Origin: Hydrolagus colliei
Taxonomy: Eukaryota
Length of the DNA stretch: 64,000 nt
Reading direction: 5' to 3'
NCBI GenBank assembly: GCA_035084275.1
Contig: CM068750.1
Coordinates: 13,888,001 to 13,952,000, forward strand
The notes below the pieces were generated by a model. That model saw nothing but the letters and a program-made list of their open reading frames with translations. It had not been told where the DNA came from and made no database searches. Of the stretch, positions 22,501-34,300 are shown piece after piece (positions within the stretch are counted from its first letter, which is position 1; each line of letters opens with the position of its first letter). A program made the position numbers and the translations under genes.

Positions 22501-25257
22501 TTCCTGAGAACCAGAAGGCAAATCATGAAGTGGTTTTGCAGCTGAGAAAGTGATACCGACCTTGGAGAATCCTGATGCGTGGTTCACAAGCAGTTGTTTA
22601 AGCATCTACATGTGTTCAAAGACCAGCTGAAGATGCCCAGCTAATCTTTGCCAACTTTCTACGGCAGTAAAATGAGAACAAATGGACCATGGCTCTCTGT
22701 TAATCTGCTTCCATCCCGTGCGTCTATTTGGGGGCTTGCACGTTTCATTAAGTAATCTGTACTCAAATTCTGGCTCAATTTGCACCAACAACGTAAGGTA
22801 CTGCAATGCTAATTCAGTCCAGGCTGTCAGCATTGGTCCGTGTGTTCACCACTAAGATTACAAGAATGAGAGCCAATTATTGAGGGAGGGCAAAAGGCAG
22901 GCATCTGATCTCAGTTAGTGTACGGGCAGGTTTGCTGAACTGCATGATTGTGTTGTGTGTGGGCATTAATAAAATTGACATGAAAAACTCCTAACACATT
23001 TGGCTTCTTAAACTTCTTAAACTCACGGAGCTCCACACTACAATCCTCTCAACCCCCCGCCACCCACACACAATCAGAAATATATTTGCAGATAAAGGTG
23101 GGCTGTTATGCTGAGGTTAACATTTGGGAAAAGCTTGCAGCGATAACTTGGGAAACTTGAGGTTTCTGCTCAAGTCAGGATTTAACTTTGACGTGCTGTA
23201 AATATTAATGACTCAAGAACAAAATTCCCATTGTAATCCAGAAAGTCTAATAGGTGGCATTAAATGCTGCGTCTATGCAAGACTCTTCCTGCATATGGGA
23301 CAAAAACTTTTTATAAACAAAGACAAAGAGTATAAAATATAAGAGGTGATTCGTAATCTGTATAAATCCATAGGAAGGATGACAGGGCCAGAGGGAGTGG
23401 TTTGATTGGATCAAATGGGCTTACTCAAACAGAAGGTGGTTGAGGCAAGACTGATTGAGGTCTTTAAAATTATACAAGGTTTTGACAGAGTCAATGGGGA
23501 GAAATTGTTTCCATTCACTGGTCACTGAGTCAGGGACTGGCGGGCAACAATTTAAGATAGTTAGCAAGGGAGCAAAGGGAGAGTTTTTTTTTGTTTACAC
23601 AGAGTTCAAAGACATGAAAAGTTAATGACAATTCCATTGAATCTGTGCCCGAGTTACAGACTCAGCTGTATAAACCTAGACCAAGAGTCATCAAAAGCAA
23701 CAGAAACAACAATCATGAACTTAAGTCTCCTCCAAATGTTAACTTCAGATACTGGATGGACTCCAATGGTCATTCCAGCATATTCAGGGAATAGTGACAG
23801 GAAGGGTGCTCTACAAATGTAATTTTGTTGTTGCTGCTGTTGTAGTGGCAGCAATGCCTTACTTGTCGATGCTGGACTTGGTGTCTGCAATTTTGTTGAG
23901 GCTGGAGAGCTTGAATCCACAGGCATTGCCTCTTTGTCCCTTGTTCATGTAGTTGCCAAACGCCAAGACCACCTCTAGCAGCTGCTTTAGGGTTTTGCTC
24001 TGCAGAACCTGCTTGGAACTCAGATGAATAGCTGCAAAAAGAACAAGATGCCTCACTGCCTATAACATATTCTAACAGCGACTAAAAGTATCTCATTCAG
24101 GAAAGCAGTATAGAAATCGTAGAGAAAAAATGTTGCATAATCCTCACTACATGTCAGTAAGAGTTGTCATTCCGTATGATATAGCACTTTATCACTTCAC
24201 TGAAACATCTCAAAACACTTTATACAGGATTTTACTGAAGAGTGTAGCAACTCTTGTGTTTTGTATAGAAACAACGACAGCCAATTTGCATACAGCAATG
24301 TCCCACCAAACAGCCATGAAGTGCATGACCAGTTTTGTTTGTGGGAATTGTTGGCCAGGACTCTGGGGAAAACTCCTTTCTTCTTCTGGGCAGTACCTGG
24401 GATCTTTAAACGCCCACCTGAACAGGCAGACGGGACTTTGGTTGAAGGTGCACAGCAGGAATTAGTACAACAAATTTCTTCCCCAAATGCTTAAAGAGGA
24501 CAGAGAATGCCTAAGCACAATGCCTCAAGCTAAAACACACACACACACAGACAGACACATTTCAATAATGTTCCCAAATACAAGAGTGGGAGTCGTACCT
24601 TCAATTTTGGGTTTAACTTCAGCTACCCTTTCAGCAAATTTCTTCTTGAAGTATAGCGACTGCAGCCTCTGCTGGTAGTGAGGAATTCTGTTTTTTTTCC
24701 AAAAAAAAAAGATGATTTAGATAGTTTCAAAGATGAATGGGTGCTGGGCGTCGGCAATTCTGTTGAAACAGGAGTTCCTTCCTACCACATAGTTCCCGCA
24801 ACGAGTTTCAACTTGAACCGATTTCCTTTCTACCTATGAACACTTTAACAAAGCGGGGGTGTTATCCTGTCGATCGCTGGGTTGGAAAACGGGTGTCCGT
24901 TAGTCAGGAACACTTCTCCACTTTGTGTGGAAAGTAAAACTTGATGCAAACCAACCTGGTGCTGGCTGATTCGGGAAAAATGCATGTAGGTAAGATTGAA
25001 AGGCTTACTGCAGTGAGGATTTTGTTTTCCTGTTAACGCAGTGTGTTTAAAAAATTTTTTTTAATTGCATATCCACCACTTGTCTGATGTGGAAGTCAAG
25101 TCAGGCTGTGATATCAGGAATGTTTTACTAGTGTGTGCTAGTATTCAGGATTGTGATGTCAATGGAGTGGGCATTGAGAGACGAGTATAAGATTAGAGCC
25201 AGAGAGAGAGATGCTCTCAGTTAGAGATATAGCGCAAGTGGCACACAAAAACAGAGA

Positions 25258-25304
<47 letters not shown>

Positions 25305-28300
25305 CACACACGTGCAAAATAAAGCGAGAGAAAGACACCCACACACCATGTGAATAACCATCAAGAGCAGAAATACGAGCAGATTCTCCCTTCCCTAAAC
25401 CCAGAAAGCGAATGAATGAACAACTGGAGGTTGAGATCGGTAACTCAGCCTCGCTGGGGATCTGACATGTTGTCACCCTTACACAGAGCAAGGAATTGAG
25501 AGGTGGTGGTGAAGCCCCAGTTAACAAATAACAAGTAGTAAATCTACTTTGCCGGCCAACTTGCAAGGTTATACCAGCCCCGGCCTGGCTACGTACCTGC
25601 TCATCTCGTACAAAAACCGGTCTGCTTTCGCCATGCGGTCGATCTCGTGTTTATGCTCCGACAGAAGATCAACATCACTTTTCTCGGGGACAAATTTCAG
25701 GAGCTGGAAAGGAAAATCACGTACCAATTTAGCAGCACCTTAAACTCTCCTTTTCTGTGCATTTATCTAGAGGACTCCGGAAAGCACTTTCTTCACCCTA
25801 ACCCTAGAGAAATGCTGAAAACCTACTTGCACGTGAAAAATTTAATTGGCAACAATTTATTTGTTTTACTTCCAGGAGACTCCCTGCACCATAATAATCC
25901 TTGCATTGGATATAGCGCTTTATCACATCATTGAGACATCGCAAAGTGTTCCATAGAATATATATGTTCAGGAAATGAGCCAGTGCACGGTCACAGAGCA
26001 GTCTTTTCATCTCTGGTGACCAATCCAGCTAGAATGGATAGCTCAGGTGCACACTGTGTTGAATAGAAACTTTTCACAGGAACGCCTTTTCTACCATGCT
26101 TGTGGTCACCTCTGCCCTCCCTCTGGATCGACTTTCTGCTCTGCCACTGTCAATTGTTTTGGGATGCTACCCTGTGTGAGTGGGTGGTGGGTGGGGGGTG
26201 CTTTATAAATGCAAGTTGTTGATGTTGAATAATGAAACAATCTACTAGGGAGAGAGGTTGAACATCATTTCCGGATTGATGATTCTCTCAGGAGTTGCAA
26301 ATTATTTGTGTTTCTTTTATTTCCGTGGCAGTGTTGTAAATCTACATTGCTATGTGCTACATGTCCCTGCCTCTTATCGTATGCTAGTGCCAATTTGGAA
26401 ATACATCTGCAGCACAAATGAGTCAAGGGTGAAATTTATAGAAGACAGCATGAATTACAGTACTGCCTTCTGACAGCACCATCTGAGGTGGTTCTAGGAA
26501 CAGCAAAGTAATCCCAGTCTGCACAGGCAAACACATTATGGGAGAAGCCATTGAATAAAAGTTTATTTGATGATCTGTTTCATCCGGAGGTTAATGTTTC
26601 AAAGTAGCATTTCATCACCACCACTGAAAATAACTGAAGCTTTTCACAGAAACACCACGAGTATCTCAATGCCTTTCTTACTAGATTCAGTTTTGAAACA
26701 AAAAAATTACCAGCCTAGCCTACCCCATAGCTTGGAGACTTTGTAATTCATTTCAAATTGTCAGCCGAGGGCAACTGCGACTAGTTACCCACATCAGAAG
26801 AGCAAACAAACCCTGGGGTAGCCAAGTCTTACAATAATAACTGCAATTGGTATAGCCCCTTATCACATCACTGAGTTGTCTCGAAGTGCTTTGCAGGTTG
26901 TACTGTACTATCAATCGCTGCGGCTGTGTATCTGAATATACTTTGCCATTTTCTGAGCTCCGCTAGTTCACCCTCAATGTATGAGTCGCAAAATCCTATT
27001 CAGCAGAACCCGAGTCTCATCCTGCAAAGCAAGTTATATAAGTTTGAGGTAGCTGAGAAATTCTCCTGATACTCGGTAGGTAGTAACAATCATCTTCGGC
27101 TAACACTTTGGAATGCATTGTAGATGCGTGGCACATGCACCAGCTTGCTTTTGTTCATTGAATATACTGAGGATCCTCATCTATCTGGCCTACATTATGA
27201 AGCTACCCACCCTCCTCCCCCCCACACACACACACATCACCTAACCTTTTGATTCATGCAATCTTGAAAGAACCAGTTTATTTTGTTCAACTTTTAAAGT
27301 GTAACCAGCTGGGTCAGTAATGGCAGTCAGATGTGGTTCAACAAGGAGCAGACATGATGAAAGGAGAAGCAATGAAAGGTGCAGGAGATTCCCGTAAAGC
27401 AATAGTCCAGCTCCTGTCACCCTGGTCCATGTTACATGCGTCAAAAGTGGACAGGGAAATGGAGGACTCAGTTCCAGTTTTGCGGTTACACATCAGGGCA
27501 GTAGACAGCATGAAGAGGTTTGGTAAAAGGGTGGCTCTGGGATTAAAAGATCTCTTAAAATCACAAGATTGGCTTGGATGAAGAAGGTTCTTTGGCTAAT
27601 CCGATCTCATCATTCCAGAATGCCCACACTGACCAACTCCCATCACAGCGTGTGTATTTTTTAATTTAAGAAACCACCCTTCCTGGCAACCTGTTCCAGT
27701 AGTTAATTTCCCCTCCAGTAAAGAAACTCTTCCTAGTGTCAGTCCTGAAATTGCCCTTTCCAACTCTAAACATGGGTCCGTCCGCTTGTCCTGCAAATCA
27801 TCGCAAAGTATTGTTCTGGATTTTCTTTCTCATAATCCCATTTAAAACCTTCAAATGACCTCCTCTGAGCCTTAATTTCTTACATTCCTAAATCATTGAA
27901 GAACCAACTTTAATCTGAAGACATTTCGTTTTTTTTTAAAGTATGATTGAAATATTAATAAAAAGATAAATTGCAACATGATCATATATGTCGAGACCAC
28001 TGATGACTTAAAAATACACAAGACAACAAGCTTCTAAATAAATGGGCTAATGCACATGCTTAAACATAACCCTATTGACTGGTATGTTTAATATCAATAT
28101 ACAGTAGAAGCCCATTTATCCAGCACTCGCGGGACCTGGCCAATGCCTGATATTCCGGCGGCCTGTGGCCAAAAACTCACTACAAAAAAATTAAAGTTCT
28201 TTTAACACACACCATACAGACCAGACGAGGTAATAGCAGATAGTGGCAGAGTATTGTGTTGATGCTTGTTGTTGGGGCTGCTCTCTTGCACTTCTCATCT

Positions 28301-31300
28301 TTACTGATTGGGGTTTGCAGTCCAGCGATTCCTTTTTGAATGGGGGACACCAGGCAGGTGAAAGAAGCGGCGACGTGATTTTAAAGTTGCGAGACTTTAC
28401 TAGCTGCAAGCCGAAGCCCTAGACTCTACTAGCGGCAAACCGAAATACTGCACCTGTCCGACAATGTGGGTTATCGGCTAGCGTTATTGGCTTACCGCAA
28501 GTATGACTTTGAAATCATACATGCTCCATTTTTTACACCCGCTCGGTGTGCTCCATTTTGGGAGGGGTCACTGGACTGTAAACCTCAACCGCAGCATCAT
28601 GGCTTCAAGCACAGCATCTACCAGTGGGGGTGGAGGCTAGGAGAGTAGTTTTAAAGGGGAGTGCCAATGCAATAATCTGTTATTATGTTATTATTTATGC
28701 ATTTACAAATGCTCCACTGCTATTGCTCCAGATAAGTTCCGGTTTATCGAATGGGGATTTTATTTTGGCGTGCCAGTTATACAGAAGTGCCAGTGCATCA
28801 AGTCACGGATGAACGGGCTTCTACTGTAACTGCTTGCTGTGTAAAAGTGGCTGCTACATTCATCTACAAATACACAATCCTGGAGGAACACACTGCTTAT
28901 CTAATTCTATAAAGTATGAGGCACAGGTTGGCAAGAGCCAAGGCTCGGTGGCCTCAGAGTGTGCTGGAATCTAACCAGCTTTAGCTACAAAGGGCTTCAA
29001 GATGGTTTGATACTGCAGCAACAACAATAATTTACATTCTTATAGCGCCCTTCATGTCGGAAGGACATCTCAAAATGCTTCACACAGTTGACCAGGCACC
29101 TGAGTATGGAGGCTAAGAAGCTATAATAAATGCAAGGTTTATTATTAATAATGAATAATTATCATTAGAAAAATAATCACCCAGATTCAACAGGAAACTC
29201 CATCAGTAAACATAAAGCTAGCTACCTGTTCAAGCATGTCCTTGGGCAGATCCTCCTGTTCATCCATTGTTAAAATAGCGCGTTTTATCTCCTCGTTTGA
29301 CAACTTTAACCTGGAAGAAGAGAGAGATGCAAAATTCAAGAATTATGGAAAGATCACGACAGCTCACACATCCAGCTGGTTTCACTACAACACACCTGTT
29401 CACAACATGCTGAGAGTTTTATACTGTATTTAGTTTATAGACTCTTCATGAACTGTTTCTAATGGAGCTGCCTCTCACGTCACCAGCAGCAATAGAGTCT
29501 CACGCAATTAGGGAGGTCAAGATGTGCAGGTATTCCTGCAACAGAAGATTAGATGTTGCGACTGGTCACAGGAGAATGCTGTGTCGATCCATGAAGAACT
29601 TAAGACCGATTCGCTTGGTTGCTCTTTCCCCCACCCCACCAACCTCCATTCTCCCACACGCAGCCAGGGGCTCGCTGGGCTCCACGTGATTGCTTATCGA
29701 AATAGGATGAAGAGCGAACTCAAAATGATGTCCATCCTCACCCTCCACCCACCTCATTCCTGCTCCACGTTCACGTGGGACCAGGAATGGATTAAGAATT
29801 TAATCCTGTTAAGAAAACCTGTTAAAAATTTAGCTTTTAGTGTCAGCATGATCCAGTGAGAAATCTCTCCACTCAGTGAATTTTTTTGTGACAAATTATT
29901 TTTTATTCAGAATACTTATGTCTCTCAGTGTGGAGAACTGTAGCTCAGTGATTAGAACACTCGCCTTACAAGCGAGAGTCTTGGGTTCAATTCCAGGCAG
30001 GGTGAAACCTTGGGCAAGTTTCCTTTCTCCTCACACCTAATAATAATCCATCATAAAAAAAATTAATTTCTCATTTCAATCCACCACTGTTTGTGGGACA
30101 TTGTTGTGCACAATTGGCTGCTGCGTTTCGCCCACAAATGTAGTCAATTTAATTTACAGTATATTCTGTGAAGTGCTTTGTGACATCTAGAAGACATGAA
30201 AAGCGCTATATCAAATGAAAGTATTCTTCTTCTTCTTCTTATTATTATTATTAAGTGCTGCTGCTGGACTGAGAGAGTTACTGAGGCTGACATCTGAACT
30301 AACTCGAGTAGATGGTCATTAACACAAGTGCTTCAGCCATCGGTTTATTTCAACCGTGTAGATTAGATTATTTTTCTCCTCACACGCTCCGCCACACCAA
30401 CCCCTTGAAGCCAACTCCCCGATGTCATCAGTATTTAAATAAAATGAAACTCACTCCCACACACAAAAAGAAACAGAAGGGGGTGGTGGTGGGTGGGGGT
30501 GGTGACATTGTTCAAAGGGTTACAGATCCGGATATCGGCGAAAGGAAACTTAAGGCTCATTTGCCACTGAAAGCACGGTCACATTTGGGAGAGACCACCC
30601 ATCAGTGTGCAATTACCTTCAAGGCAGGGAGCACCACCAAAGTAGGTGGTCCTCGCTCCAGCCTTCAGAGTGTATCCACCTCTGCCGTGGATCCTAGGGG
30701 AGAGTGCCAGCAAACAGATGAGAAGCGTGGCCCCTGGCATCTCCAGACGCTTCTGCACAGGCATTCTCACTATCCATGTAAAGTGCTACAAGACATCCTG
30801 CTACATACATACAAGCTCAAGCTATAGTAATAATCCTTGCATTTGATATAGTATCTTTCAAGTTGATAGTACATCCCAAAGTGCTTCATAGATGAAGTCA
30901 CACTGTACTTTGTATCTTAATGACCCCTTTCCCTGATCAAGAACAAAGCTAAAGTACACGCACAGATAACTATTGCTCTCTGTTATTGCTGTAACTATTC
31001 ATAGATTATTGTTAGATAAGGCTTTCATGGGAAATGGGGCAAAGGTGGTATTTGGAGTTGAGGTAGAGATCAGACAACAGACGAAAACAACAACTTGGAT
31101 TTATATAGCGCCCTCTATGCCGGACGGCATCTCAGAGACATGATCTAATGGAATGGTTGAACAGGCTTGAGGCGCTGAAGGGCTTATTCGTTTGTTCCTA
31201 TGTTCCTATAACTAGACGGCAAGTACAACTGGAGCAGAGGAAGAGGAGGCAATTCAGCCTCTACCGGTTTATTAAATCATGGCAGATCTTTTAATCTCAT

Positions 31301-34300
31301 TTCCGTGCCTTTTAATAGCCAGTTAAATATCTCGGTTGATTTTGCCTCTACAGCCTTCAGGGGCTAATAGTGTTCTGTTTCATGCTCTCTGTTCAGTCAA
31401 AAGAGAAAGAACATTATAAAAGGCCTTTTAATATTGACATTCCCAGACATGGACCGACTCCGAGCCTCGTCACATGCTCTGCCAAACAGCAGAACATAAG
31501 AGCAGCTGCAGATAGTGAACGCATTTATCTGCCTGACCTACATAGCCCCAGCTCGTGACCATGACCTTCACCATGCTGTAATTTGGGGGCCAAAGAATTA
31601 CAACACGAAAAATAATCTAAAAAGAGGTCATTGAAAGAGAAACCCACGTGACGTGGAGTGGAGTTACACTTTCATTTCTGCCTCCCCTCCACCGCCCCCC
31701 GCGCCCCCCCCCCCCAAAGAAAACAAACATTTGGGGTTTTGGAGAAAGCAAATCAGTTACGTCCTGCAATAATGCAAAATAGACTCACAGGAGGAATTTA
31801 AACCATGCTGTGTATGATTTATCACCAACTCCCATTTAAGCGGGAGCTTTCAGGAACAAAGAGCAACACTGGACCAGAGGTTCATGGCTTGCAGAGCATC
31901 AATTCTTATTAAGATTATTGTTAATAATAATAATTATGCATTTGGTATAGTGCCTTTCACATCAGGAAGCTATCTCTGAACACTGCACAGGATATATATT
32001 GTAAAGTGGAATGATTGCTTTGTGGGTGAACACAATAGTTTAATAATTATTGTGTTTAATTTAGTGCCTGTAATGTCAAAATGTCTCAAAAGCTCATAAT
32101 TGATATTAAGGCTTTTACATCATGAAGCTTTAGAAGCTCAGCCGATTGCCTTTTGATGGTAGTGGGGAAAAGGCTATTGTCTTATATTCAACATAGTAAG
32201 TGTTGAATTCTTCTTAAGATTGCAGCAATTATTGTATCACTGCATCCCATACATGTGTCAGAGGCACAAAATATACAGGTCCAACAATCTGTCAGGATAC
32301 CCTGTCATTCATTCCAGCAAATGACACAAACAATAACTCTCTTCAGACAAGACATGGAACCAACATCATCACAGATTTGTGGCTGTTTGTAGGGCGTTGT
32401 TCCACACAAAATGGCTGCCATATTTACCTACAGAATGATCTATCATTACACTTTGCAGTAAATCCTGTGACGTGATAAGGCTCTATATCAAATGCAAGGA
32501 TTATTATTAATAATTCATGTATAATCCTCTAAAAACAAAGACCCTAAAGTAAAAAAAAGCCCTGTGATGCGTAAAGCTCTATTACACCAACAAAATACAT
32601 AACCAATACCCTTCACAATATATTCAATGAAACTCTACGAGACACCGTGATGTGATAAGACAGCGTATCAAATGCAACGATTATTATTATTATCGTCATC
32701 AATGGGGTTGTTGTGTGTGAAGGAAGTGAAGTATAAACCCGTACAAACCAAAAGATCTCAAGTTTAGTTGCCAGTTAACTCTCGTCAACCCAAGGAGGGG
32801 CAGGGGTGGGGTGGGAGGAAAAGAGACAGCAGTATATTTAACATGTGAACATGGAGTATTTACCTTGAGAGAAGAATATTGCAATTCTGGGCTCTTCTCC
32901 CATCGATTACGGAAAGCTCCTTGACCTTTTTGGTGGAATTTAACGTGTCTTCATTCGCTTCAGTCTCTTTCTGTGACATAAATAGAATGACAGGGGACTT
33001 GTTGGTTAAACAAGGCAAATCCATATTGGAAAAGTGCAAGCGCCAATGTGCTGTGGATTTTGCCACAAAGTTCTCCGTGACCCAGATCCCGTTGCATTTC
33101 TAGTCTCTGCACGGGCTAACAGAGAGAAGCTGACGTGCTAAAAAGAAATCTCTCCATTAGCAACATGAGATTTCCACGCGATGTTAATTAGATTAGCTCT
33201 GGAAGCACGATTCACTTTTTGCCAGAAAAACAATCCACAAATCACTGGAGTCTATTCCAGTGAGGACCGCATCAGCAGGCCGTTCGGTGACAGTGTTTAA
33301 TTACTGACATACACCCACACACAAGGGTCTGCCAGATCAATGAAGGCAACAAGCAGCGAATCCAATAATACACTGGGATGTGGTTTGTGACTGTCAGTGG
33401 AACCAGCAACCAGTGTTAGCCCCAGACATCAGTTTAATAATTTACGATTCTGGATTTCAGTGATAAAAAAACGACTTTAAACCATCTGCGTCCAGTTTGC
33501 TATTTCTATATTCCCCTAACCCTCGGTCGCAAGTCACAATGTGATGTTTTGAAAGATGCAAAAGTTCGACTGAGAAAAGCTTCAGGGCATCTGAGGATTA
33601 TTTGGCCCAATTACTGCTCCCCCACCTATAACTTGCAACACTGTGAAGGGCTTTATATGCAAAACTATTAATGAAACGTTCAAAGATTATTCAATTCAAC
33701 CGCGAGGGCATTTAGATTTTCAATAACGGACTTCAACAGGGTTAAAAACAATGAACCAGATTATAAAAGGTCTGTGAAGACAAGACACAATCGAGCATCA
33801 ACTGGGACACTTAAGTGTTTGCACTCCTCACCATTATGGCTAAAAGCGTCATGTAAATAACTACAATTAATGTTACATTTTTTAATCCATAAAACAATTC
33901 TCAAAATTCTTTTGGTATCTTTGCCAAAATTCTGAGCGCTGAAATTAACAATGACAAATGTATACTGACAGAGAGAATACAGGAACTGTCAATGCAAAGT
34001 ACACCTAAGTCTACACTGGAATAAAAAGTTCAATTTTCAAGTCATTTCATTTTGTTTGCAAGACTCATTATTATTATTAATAAGCTTCCTTTTTACTCAA
34101 AATACAAGATATGCACGTAAATCGCTGCAGAAATTTTATCTGCTGCTCATAACTTTTTCTGTACAATCCAAATCCTGGCAACAAAAGTAGCAGAAAAGGC
34201 TAAAATTGGCCTGCCAAGCCAGGGCTGTTAAGTGTCTTGGGATATCTTCCCAATGTGAAACGCACTACATAAACATAAATTTGTATTGTAAAACTGCGAT

